This document shows, piece after piece, positions 1 to 10,140 of a stretch of DNA of 64,000 nucleotides (positions within the stretch are counted from its first letter, which is position 1; every line of letters begins with the position of its first letter). This DNA comes from Schizochytrium sp. TIO01. Its lineage: Eukaryota > Protista > Bigyra: Labyrinthulomycetes. The notes below the pieces were generated by a model that saw only the letters and a list, made by a program, of their open reading frames with translations, was not told the origin of the DNA and did no database searches. The stretch lies in NCBI GenBank assembly GCA_004764695.1, contig SMSO01000007.1, forward strand, positions 1,743,270-1,807,269, given 5' to 3'. A program made the position numbers and the translations under genes.

Positions 1-271
1 CTCACCTCCTGCAACAACAACAATGTCTTCTCCTGCAAACACAACTATGCCTTCTGTACCTGCAAGTGGGGTGTCGCCAAGCGCACCCGCAGCTCAGGCC
101 TCACAAGCTGCGGCCCCTGCGCAGGTGCGAACGCCTATACCAGCGAAACCGCAGCAGCCTATGAGACACCCTTCAAACCCTGCCGCAAATACTCAAGGCC
201 GCCCTGGCCCTTACAATGTACCCCCTCCATCGAAACAACTGCCGCACCAACACATGCCTCCCCGACCTTGA
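1..271 (+). CDS. 3' end of a Pro/Ala/Gln-rich protein (5'-truncated by the window edge)
   Basis: Open frame from the window start to TGA 269-271 with low-complexity PAQ-rich sequence typical of a disordered C-terminal tail. Confidence 0.55.
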   Translation, partial: SPPATTTMSSPANTTMPSVPASGVSPSAPAAQASQAAAPAQVRTPIPAKPQQPMRHPSNPAANTQGRPGPYNVPPPSKQLPHQHMPPRP

Positions 272-1510
272 GTGCTTGCATTTACATAACCCCCAAACCG
301 TTCGATAGTATACCCTCTAATAGTTGTTTAAGCATACAGACTCTCTTCAATTGTAACCTTCTTGTTTCGGACAATGATCACAAAAGTATTCACCATAAGA
401 TTTCAGGGTTTGCAGCTGGTGCCTCTTATTCCGCTTCTTCAAAGGAGCTCAGAATGGACCACCGTGCTCGCGTATTTTTATGTTCCTCGGTGCTATAAAC
501 TCCTTGGATCGCCTCTTGCCCTCGCATCTGACACATCTTTCAATCACAGACGAATATCACTCCAAGACTTCACATAACTGACAAACACGTGATAACTTGG
601 ACAGATTAACTTCTTCACTGCATGGCAGCACATTGCACAGATCAACCTTTACAATCAAACCCTCTGGATACTACTAGTTACTTATAGCTAGTTAGCTACT
701 TAGCAATTTGCCCGCAACAGTTTATCTTGGCTTCAATCTGCCTCTTCATGCAGGACCGACCACCACTGCCACGTACGTAAGTTGCCACGACGTTGCAAAT
801 TCACATTCGTGAACAAGCGAGCATCGACCCAACCAACCTTGCCTGCATCCCTGCCTGCCGTTGTCATCGCAACCATGATCGCTCTCGTCGTGTCCCAAGG
901 AAAGCACTTGCAATATCCGAGCACGCACGTTTTATTCTATTGCTTCCTCTCACTTGCACGTGTCGGGCAGCGTCCGGCCATCGAACAGTCAAGGTTTACA
1001 CATACTACCTCTGCCTACTACTACCTACAGCACCCAAACGAATGATCTTCGCTACCTTAGATCACAAATATCTCGACTCCCTGTAGGTATACCCCATCGT
1101 GACTGCTCTGCTCAGTCAGCTCTATGGGCACCGAATGAACGGAAACGATGCACCTCCAAAGAATTCGCGACGACTTGAAAGGATAGACAGTTCTTGGCTT
1201 TTCCTCTGTGTCCATAATTACTCAGAATAAAATGCGCAATTACAGGAACTGGCGCAATCGATGCCCATAAAGTGCTATTAGAGTACGAGCCATTAGCGAC
1301 GACTAAGCGGCCAGGCAGTCATTCAGGAAAGGTGCCATAACTCAATCGATCGCTCAACGCCTCGGCGGTGGAGCGAGCGAGCGAGCGAGCGAGCAGTCAC
1401 GACGGCTTGCCGAGATCCGGGCCCTCAACTTCTCCGTGTGGCGGGAAGCAGCGCCCGCTCAGAGCCTTTGGTCCGCTAGGAAACACAAACAAACGACGCC
1501 CAGCTCCGCC

Positions 1511-1555
1511 TCTTGTCTTGTCTTGTCTTGTCTTGTCCTGTCTTGTCCTGTCCTG
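1511..1555. repeat. (TCTTG/TCCTG)n pentanucleotide microsatellite
   Basis: Nine tandem 5-mers directly visible upstream of the 1705 gene. Confidence 0.9.
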
Positions 1556-1704
1556 TTGTGGAGCCCGTCTCCATACGCAAAGAAATCAGAGGGGAAACAA
1601 ACAAGAGGAATAGCGCAAGTCTAGAACATACTTGGGCGTACGAACCGAGCTTAGGCTGGCGCTAAAATAGGTATATATTTTACGAACGTTTGTGCGTAAA
1701 CAGC

Positions 1705-2400
1705 ATGTGCTGTGGTATTTTTAGCCGACACATTACTTTGGTGCTGCTGGAGGTGGTCTTTGCGACGCCGTTCATCTTCTTATGGAAAGATCGTGCAGTC
1801 TATGGCCCCTCTGGCTTGGGATGGTTCCTTTTTGTCTGCGCTGTTTCGGTGGTAGGCTTGATTTTTACGGGTGTGCGAGGTTGCTGCAGCGGCCTTTTTG
1901 CAATTCGTTGGGCTGCAAATGTCATCTTAGTATTCTATATGATATGTCAAATTGGAATCGCAGGTGTCGCCGGATACTATTCTTACGTGTTTTGGTACCC
2001 GCTGTCGGGCGGCAGGCGGCGCCTATTCTATGATAATAATTATGCTGACTCACTCACGTTTGCTCAGTTCATGGCGCTCTTCATTATTGGCGGCGTCTGC
2101 TCGGTGATCCTCGGAACAATTGCTCTCGTTTCCACTGTGCACGCTTGGCATGTGGCACAGCTCCGCCAAAGCATTCAGCGTAGACTTGCCAGAAATCAAG
2201 AATATGATGAAGAAAAGGAACATTTTCTGGCCAAGAAACAACAAGAGGAAGAGAATGCTCACAACTCGGAGCAGAAGGATGAGATTCCCCAAAATATCCA
2301 TCACAGTGATAGTGTTGATAACCCGTACGCCTACTACACCAACGATTACTCGGACCCTTATGAAAACTATAGGGAGTATGGTCCGCCGAGTCGATTCTAG
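1705..2400 (+). CDS. Four-transmembrane membrane protein with a charged C-terminal tail (tetraspanin-like topology)
   Basis: ATG at 1705 (MCCG...). Four hydrophobic segments, a short GCC loop between TM2 and TM3, an RRRL motif in the TM3-TM4 loop, and an acidic/Tyr-rich tail. Confidence 0.8.
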   Translation: MCCGIFSRHITLVLLEVVFATPFIFLWKDRAVYGPSGLGWFLFVCAVSVVGLIFTGVRGCCSGLFAIRWAANVILVFYMICQIGIAGVAGYYSYVFWYPLSGGRRRLFYDNNYADSLTFAQFMALFIIGGVCSVILGTIALVSTVHAWHVAQLRQSIQRRLARNQEYDEEKEHFLAKKQQEEENAHNSEQKDEIPQNIHHSDSVDNPYAYYTNDYSDPYENYREYGPPSRF

Positions 2401-3419
2401 ATGTAAAACTATGCATGAGCCCATAAAATTCCTCCTTTCAAACATTAGCTCAACTCCATATGTTGGTTCTTTGCGAGCCATGAACTGAGGTTGAATAATA
2501 GCCACGATTATTCACAGTATTACCACTACCAAGCAGCTACAACAACGACGATTTGAAAGGGCTCTTAATACACTGTTCAATGTACTTTATGTAATCTCGA
2601 GCCCCTGCCCCAACCCACGCCTCTCATCCACTTACTGTCTTGAATACCTTCCCTCCACCTTCCCTTTTATAAAAGTATCTTAGCTTTTGCTCCTATTTCT
2701 AATTCTTAAAAGAGATTGAAGTAGATTTTTTAATAGAGTTTTTCAGTGTGAGAAATCATTGTCCCGTTCAATTTGGCTCCTTTTGATCGATTAGTGACTA
2801 AGCGACCAAATCATCGAGAGAGAAAGCGTGTGCGTTCTTTTCTCGATTTTGCTCTCCTGGTCGTAGACAAACCATACATATTTGTTATACAAGGGATGAT
2901 AATAGATCAACAAAAGCCTAGGAATTTTAAATGTACTTAATTGGTATCTCTAGTTTCCTTCTAATCTGTCCCCGACTTAGGTGCCTACTGCATCAATATC
3001 TCAATCAAACTCTAATCACGGTGGTACCACATCTACCTGAGATAGATAGCAACCTCACCTATTGCTTTGCAGTGTTTGACGAATAAATGGAAGGATTAAA
3101 AAGGAGTGTAGGTTAGAACAATGAACAAAGAAAAGAGTAAAAACTACTATCCTTACAAGGAGTAAATAGCATAGTTTCCCATCTGTTCTAAGTCAACGTT
3201 ATTACGAGTTTGCCACATAGAGCATGCGCCATTTTACCAAACTCGCTGATCTCTCAGAAAAAAAGGGGCGCATGGCCATTTTGTGTGCAAAGTATATACT
3301 CTGAAAAATGACTCAAGACCAAACTTGTCTCATGGCTAGGGTATAAATTGTGAAGTGTGAACGCGTCTAACATTCTCATGCCTGCAGGCCGCGATAGATC
3401 CATGCAAGGATATTTCAAT

Positions 3420-5255
3420 TCATCGTCGACGACGACGCATAGGGCCGCGACTACGACCACTCTGATTTGTCTTGCTATGCTTCCATTCGCAAATCAAGCC
3501 ATCCTCGCCCCCTGAGAGTAGCATTGCAGGAGCGCCCGTGGTAGCATCAGGACGAACAAAAGCAACAGCACGAACATCCTTCTTGTGACCCAAATCGTTG
3601 CGCACCGTACAAAGTTTGCGCACTCCAGCAAGAGTCACATCACCCAAGCAAATGGTGCCTGAATGATCGCCAGACACGAGGAGAAGCGTCTGACTGCGAG
3701 ATCCGGGAGGGCCTTCAACATATGCACAATCAATAAGAAAATCTGACGGCATACCTTGTGCAGCCAAACTTTCACGAATCATAGGAAACTCTGCCATTGC
3801 CACAGCTTTATCCGCATGATAGAGATGGAGCGTCTCAGAGTGAGTAAGACAGAAAATACACTCCTGGGAAGGTCCGAAGTAACCGATCTTGCTCACCGGT
3901 GATTCAGCGTTCATAACAGACAAAAGGGCATCATCTTCCGTACTCTGACGAATATCAAAGTAACATACAAGACCATCCATACCAGCCGTTGCTAGCTCAG
4001 TTTTGCGAAGAGGATTGAATTTAACCTGAGACACACCCTCCATGTGAGACTCCTCGTACTTGCCAAGCTGTCGATTTGCGCGACGATCCCAGAACAGAAC
4101 CTTGGATTCGTCGTCTTCATCCGTGCCAGCGACAATAAGACTGTTTTCACAACCTGCATCAATGCTCAAAAAGGGGATCGGCTCTGCACCTGAAGCCGAA
4201 GCCCGAAACTTCTGTGCCATTTGTCCAGTTCGACGATCCCATACAGCTGCAATGCCATCCTCTGCACATGTAAATACCGCGTGGGGCTCGGAGTGGGAAT
4301 CTCCAAAACTGAGGCCTGTAATACGGTCTTCATGACCACTAAATACCTGGGTGCTAGCTGTGGTCACCCCTCGCTCTAGATCATACAGACGAACATTAAA
4401 ATCGGACCACCAGGTTCCAGCCAGAGTTCCATTCCAGTTTGTGCTCACATGCATTACGTAAAAGTCATCATCCAGGTCATCCCCATCTTCCTCATCCGCT
4501 TGATAGTTGTAATCACTTTCCATGTGTGCTTCAGGTTCCCCAGGGCCTGCTCCACGGTGTGTTTGTGCTCCTTCGAGACCTGCTGTGGATAGGTTTGGCT
4601 GTTGCTGTGCAAGTTGTTGCTGCCTGTGCATCTCCTCTTCATCACCATCATCCATAGAGTCGCCACTGACACCACTAAAATTTACTGGGCGTTCAGGATT
4701 CAACACTGATGGTGGAAGCGGAGGAGCAGGCGTCTGCCCTGCGCAGCTTGCCACACTATTGACCAGCTCGAAACCCCGAATCTGAGAATCATTACATATC
4801 ACAAAGCAAAATTACCAATAATGCGCATGTTAGTGTTTTCCGTGCAAACATGTAGAATACTGGTGTACTAATACCAGTTCTTGGAAACCGCTTCATCATC
4901 GATTTGAACTCAAAGTCATATCTTGTTTACCCTGTTTAGGGTCATATTTCTTATCTCGAAGCCATCATATAGAGGTTGTCACATCAAATCATCAAGAGCC
5001 CTACATTCGTCAAATCTAACAAAATATCGTCTCCACTATACAACTACGTACCAGTGAATGCGTGAGCGATTTAGCTGCATCTGCAGCAGCTCCCTGTACA
5101 CTACTTGAGCGATCTGAGGCATGTAGAGGGTTCGCTCTGGCATGCTGTACTTTTTGTGTGCCACCATGAGGTAATCTTGGCCCAAACTCAGCCGACTGCC
5201 GTGCCCTACGCTGCCCAGGCCTTGATGAAGCCCCGGAACTACCTCCTGTTACCAT
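3420..5255 (-). CDS. WDR89: WD40-repeat protein, WDR89 family. Main exon 4781-3420; probable first exon 5255-5052
   Basis: GH...WD repeats plus WDR89-like signatures (VAGT..DD..VLFWD.R, Y.ESH...V.QVKF.P, DGLV..FDI....EDDAL, CLTH.E). A putative phase-0 intron 5051-4782 has a GTACGT donor, a CTAAC branch point near 4830 and a CAG acceptor. The first exon is less certain than the main exon. Confidence 0.85.
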
Positions 5256-6149
5256 GATATCTCAGTCTCAGGATCCCAATCACACAAAGGACCAGCGAGA
5301 ACTGCGTTTGCCAAGCATCGTACGTGTGCCTCCATCGCCAGAAAAGAACTCGACGACTGGTCGCTCTGACCACTAAACCCCCTTAACTATAACCGATACG
5401 AAACCTACTCCCGCTCGCATGGAATCCTTTTTTCCATGGTCGGTTACACTCCGATTGGAAGGAGGTGTTCTTACTGGATAAGGAACAATAAGAACATTAC
5501 TGCTTACTTATGTACTCTGTAAATTTTAGAATTCGCAAATTAGAAAAGGCTTCAACAAAGGTTATACTGTCACATTAGGGTTATGAGCTATGTTTGGATT
5601 ATGCCAAGGATATCGGACGCTGACAATTAAATGAAGACTTCAAATTGAAGCAAAACCCTATAATTAATTTAACAGAAACTCGACACAAGTCAATTTGTGG
5701 TCGATCCCTTTTAAGGGAATCTAGAACATTGCTGTCAAAGCACAAAAGGAATGCAAGCAACGAAATTTAATGGATGAACGCATGTCCATATGACATCATC
5801 AATTCACAACAAAACAACAATTTTCCTCACCAAATCTACGATTATCACATTAGTGTACGAACTTATATAGGGCTCCAAGTCCAGCTATTATCTTTTGGAC
5901 CGACTAAAAGAGCCACGTGAACAGATTGCCATGATGCAATCAGGGAGCTAGATTACCGTAGGTACCAAGCCCTGCAAAGTCTTAAGTTCGTGGTACATAC
6001 CGGTTAAATGAGGATTACAGAAGAGTGTGTATTAATATGCATAATTAGAATGTTAAGAAATAAAGAAATAATACATCCTAATCAAAACAAGATCGAGATT
6101 CAACCCGTGTTCAAGCTCTACAAAGGAGTGCGAGCCCGAGTGATTGACC

Positions 6150-8033
6150 ATGGATCAGCGGCAGGTTAGCCTTGTGAACCGTGTGAAGGTTCCATTTAAA
6201 GGTAGCCTGCTCCCTGGAGCGTGCGTGCTCGGCGATGTTGATGATGACGGTGACCAGGAGCTAGTCGCGGGAAATTGTGATGGCAAGCTGTACGTGTACA
6301 AACATGGCACCCTGCGAGGAACTCGCGAGAGCCTGGGGACAATTGTGTCCGTGTTTGTATCTCGCACGTTCTTTCCGGCGACGAAGGAGAATAAACCTCA
6401 CATTGTGGTGGTGAATGCGGAAGGTGAATGCCACATCTTGGTGGTACCGCCTCTCCTCGGCGCGAATGAGGATCGCGAGGTGGACATTGAACTGTCCACG
6501 ACATTTGAGATTCCATGGAATGTTTCATGTGCGCAGCTCTTTGATTTCTACGATGATAATGATCGCGATGTATTGGTCATTGCCACGCATGATGGAGGAG
6601 CCGCGAGCGAGACAACCGTATTGGCACTGATAACCTCGAAATCGAATTCGAAGAACTCGTCCATGAAACGACGTTCAGGGGTGAAGTATGGACTACTGGA
6701 TGTATGTGACGAGTGGTGTGTCCCAGGAGTCCCGGCATCTATGTCATATGTGAATTCAGGAAGCACCCACAATGGCGGTGGGAAGCTCATCTTGCTTGGC
6801 CTCCAGTTTGGCGGTTTAGTATCCCTGACTCAGGACGGTAGCGTCTTGCAACATTGCCTTGACAACTCCAGTCGACGACCCATGAAAGCAAAGGATATTG
6901 GCGTTGCCTCCCCGGGCCGTGATGTCTTTTTATCTAGAGATACTGGCACTTCAGGCTTGGGTGTCTCTGGATCTACCAAAGCAAACTCTTCCCTTCTCGT
7001 GAATCGACCCATGGTAGTTCACGGTTTAAAGGCGCCGTACATCACCTCATCCGCAGAGAAACTGGCCACATCTTCTGTGACAGCGACGTCGCTCCCAGAA
7101 AGAACCAACACACCACAAAGCTTTGAGGAGAACTCACGGAGTGGTACACCTGTTGATGAAAAGTCTGTTATTTCAGACCCCTCTGGTATTCTACCTTCGA
7201 ATGGGAGCTACAAAGTCCCAGCTCGCCTTGTTGGGCATCGACGAAGCTTGCGCAAATACCTAAGCTCTCGTAGTGTTAAGTCGGATATCACAGAGGACGA
7301 TCGTGGAGATCTCGCTGTTCTATGTTTCGGAGGACGACTCCGTCTTGAAATGTTTTCGGACGATGGCTCAAAGGACTACGCCACTATTGCAAATCAACTC
7401 ATTTGGCAAGAAGAACACGACCGACAACTTTTTGCTGTACAGTCTTTAGATGTTAACCGTGATGGCGTTACTAATATTATCTCGTGCGCCTGGGATGGTC
7501 TCACATGTATCTATGACTTGGAAAATAATGTTGTCAGATATCAGTTTGAATCACGTGTGCAGGGATTCCTTGCTGGAGAGTACTCCCACGCACCCGGACA
7601 AACCTCTGTTTGCTTCATCTATGTCACTTTTGATAACTCAATTGTTATCTACCATGATGTAAACGAATGTGTTCAGGATATCCCAGCACTTACCCTTATT
7701 GATGTCCTCCGTAGACGTGGTCAGGCAGAGGCTGTTCTCAATACCCTTGATGCTGCATGCGCGCCTGCTGAAAAAGAGAAACTGCTGCAAAAATTGCGTA
7801 ATTTAGATAGCGAAGTTCATCTGGTTGCCTACTTTTCACGTCTTCTACACCAGCGTTTGCACCAGAAAATTTCCTCATTTGCGCCCAAGTCCCCGAAGCC
7901 TAGTCCTCCTTCACCTGCACTTACTAGCGAACCCTCATCCGCAGCATCGTCTTCATCATCATTGCCACCAGTGCCATTACCACACTCTCCCGTCCCAAGT
8001 GACCCTTCTAGCACAAAAGAGACACATAACTAG
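6150..8033 (+). CDS. ITFG2: Integrin-alpha FG-GAP repeat protein 2 (KICSTOR subunit) homologue
   Basis: N-terminus RQVSLVNRVKVPFKGSLLPGACVLGDVDDDGDQELVAGNCDGKLYVYK parallels the human ITFG2 N-terminus. C-terminal block QLFAVQSLDVNRDG..IISCAWDGLT.IYD.ENNVVRYQF....V.GF.AG.Y...CFIYVTF.N.I.IY matches the ITFG2 pattern. Confidence 0.88.
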   Translation: MDQRQVSLVNRVKVPFKGSLLPGACVLGDVDDDGDQELVAGNCDGKLYVYKHGTLRGTRESLGTIVSVFVSRTFFPATKENKPHIVVVNAEGECHILVVPPLLGANEDREVDIELSTTFEIPWNVSCAQLFDFYDDNDRDVLVIATHDGGAASETTVLALITSKSNSKNSSMKRRSGVKYGLLDVCDEWCVPGVPASMSYVNSGSTHNGGGKLILLGLQFGGLVSLTQDGSVLQHCLDNSSRRPMKAKDIGVASPGRDVFLSRDTGTSGLGVSGSTKANSSLLVNRPMVVHGLKAPYITSSAEKLATSSVTATSLPERTNTPQSFEENSRSGTPVDEKSVISDPSGILPSNGSYKVPARLVGHRRSLRKYLSSRSVKSDITEDDRGDLAVLCFGGRLRLEMFSDDGSKDYATIANQLIWQEEHDRQLFAVQSLDVNRDGVTNIISCAWDGLTCIYDLENNVVRYQFESRVQGFLAGEYSHAPGQTSVCFIYVTFDNSIVIYHDVNECVQDIPALTLIDVLRRRGQAEAVLNTLDAACAPAEKEKLLQKLRNLDSEVHLVAYFSRLLHQRLHQKISSFAPKSPKPSPPSPALTSEPSSAASSSSSLPPVPLPHSPVPSDPSSTKETHN

Positions 8034-8340
8034 TGTCCTTGTAACGGATACGCAGAACACCAACTTTTCTTTTCTTTCAAATATATGTAATAATATTATT
8101 TTATTGAATTAACTACTGATTTTAAAGAAACACGTTCGAAAGAAACAAATCCAATCAGGAATAGATCGTCTGTCAAGCAGTCGAGTGACAGAGCAATCGC
8201 CTGTTTGACCGTCGCGCGATACATCAAAGCAACTCCAGTGGAGATAATTTCGTGCTGCTGACTTGTCAAAGGCCTCTTCAGTTGAAGGCTGAAGACTTGC
8301 TACTACAAAACGAGAGTATATTATTAGAGTGACCTTGAGG

Positions 8341-9846
8341 ATGATTGCAGCATCAAACATAAGTTATTCCGTGTCGAGGCAAGGCTGTCAGTTGCAAATC
8401 AATGCTCGGGAGCGAACTTTCTGGACACATGCGCTATCTAGGGTTCCCGTAATGCCGCAGTTTGACGACGTCCCTGCGAGTGAAGTGATGCGTAGCTTGC
8501 AAACCAAGCTTCGTCAAGTACTCGGCGTACAAAGTAAGCCAATGTCCCCTGCTGAAAATGAGATATGGGTGCAACTGGGCCAGCTTGTTCGTCAAGCTCA
8601 GGAGGCTAGGAAGCTCATGAAACGCTTAGAAAAACATGCGGATGACACAGATGGCGTTCCTTCAAAGAAGCAAAACCGCAGTCTTGCACGGTCGGAACTT
8701 CTGATATCAAGTAACATGCAAGATGAACGAGAAGAGATGCAAAATGAGACGAAAATCAGACCAATTAAACAAGCTTCCGACATTGCGCCTCCTTCTCCAG
8801 TTCGAAACCTGCAAAATAAACCTTTCTGTGCGCGTGATATCCAAGCAACGCTGGAAGCTATGCGACGCCACAAGCTTAATGCTCGTATACAGGAGCAAGG
8901 TTGCCGCGCTATTATGGAACTCATTAAAGACGGTAAGAAGCGCCGTAAACTGCAACTTCAAGACCCTCCAGGATCTTGGAGTTGCGCGTCATGTCACTTT
9001 CGCAATGGGCCCTCTGAGAACGCATGCAAAATCTGCACGTGCACAATTCATTCCTCAAACAGCAATGATAGCTTGTCAAAAGGGGGGCATGGAGCTTCCT
9101 TACAACAGACTCCAGAGTGGCTGCAGGTCGAAACTCACGGAGGTGTTCCAACATTAATTGACGTCATTCGTAACTTCCGCTCAGATACCCGGATCTTACG
9201 TGTTGCAGCATTTGTGCTTGCACAACTCGTGCAAGAAGATGCATCAACAGTCCAGCGGATTGCTGCGGCAGGAGGTATTGGAGAAATCTTATCTATTATG
9301 CGCACACTGGGGACAGATCAAGAAATCCAGATTCAATGCATGGGAATCCTTGCTTCACCTGAGCTCGCTGCAGATGAGGTAGTTCGTATTGAGTCGGACC
9401 TTTTTGTACATGTTGTATGCGGTAGCATGCGTCGAGATCCAGGCATTGCTAGACTTCAGGCGCTTGGATTCCTCGCCCTGGCCAACCTTGGAGTCAAGTC
9501 AGATTCCCTCACAAACCTTCTTGTTTCAAATGTATATCGTGTTCACGAACTAGCGCTATATGCCTTGGAGAGCGATATACACAAAGATAATCCTCACGTA
9601 ATTGCTTCAGGCCTTTGGCTTTTGGTTTCGCTTTCAAGAGAGCTCACCAATGGAGGACACGATAAAATCCGAGAAATGATCGCTCGAAATGGTGCCGTTC
9701 AACTGACCATGGGCTTCCTCTCAAGATTTCCTACGCATCAAAGTGTTCAAGCAAATGGCAAACTTCTTTTGCAAAGACTTGGAGTATCCTCAATTGAGGA
9801 AATCTCTTCATTTTCTCAGGATGGTGATGGATGCCAAATTCAGTAA
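8341..9846 (+). CDS. Armadillo-repeat protein with an embedded RanBP2-type zinc finger and a C-terminal CaaX box
   Basis: ARM-like repeats (IQEQGCRAIMEL, GGVPTLIDVIR, AGGIGEILSIMR, LQALGFLALANL). Exact W-x-C-x2-C-x3-N-x6-C-x2-C at 8977-9036. Ends in CQIQ-stop. Start codon uncertain (8341 or 8452). Confidence 0.85.
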   Translation: MIAASNISYSVSRQGCQLQINARERTFWTHALSRVPVMPQFDDVPASEVMRSLQTKLRQVLGVQSKPMSPAENEIWVQLGQLVRQAQEARKLMKRLEKHADDTDGVPSKKQNRSLARSELLISSNMQDEREEMQNETKIRPIKQASDIAPPSPVRNLQNKPFCARDIQATLEAMRRHKLNARIQEQGCRAIMELIKDGKKRRKLQLQDPPGSWSCASCHFRNGPSENACKICTCTIHSSNSNDSLSKGGHGASLQQTPEWLQVETHGGVPTLIDVIRNFRSDTRILRVAAFVLAQLVQEDASTVQRIAAAGGIGEILSIMRTLGTDQEIQIQCMGILASPELAADEVVRIESDLFVHVVCGSMRRDPGIARLQALGFLALANLGVKSDSLTNLLVSNVYRVHELALYALESDIHKDNPHVIASGLWLLVSLSRELTNGGHDKIREMIARNGAVQLTMGFLSRFPTHQSVQANGKLLLQRLGVSSIEEISSFSQDGDGCQIQ

Positions 9847-10140
9847 AGTTTGTAAGAAGAGCTTGCTCTATCATTATTATTCAGGTGAAATGAGCACTTG
9901 ACAAAATAGTTCCATCACAACACTGTTAGAGAGTATACTGATCTTTAACAGATGTTGAGCATTAGTACTCTGTTACCGATTTATTACGAGTTACAACGAA
10001 ATTGTACAGTTTCATTTTCACCTTTTTTGTTAACATTTGATTTGAACTCCTACAGCATTCCGCAATGTAGGTAGAGAGTATAACTATTTGGGTATATAGA
10101 CACTGTTTAGAAGTTTGTACAATAGCCTTATCTTTATCTA

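Noticed and set aside
5574-5662. Isolated TTAGGG/AACCCTA hexamers
   Set aside because: Single copies, not a telomeric array.
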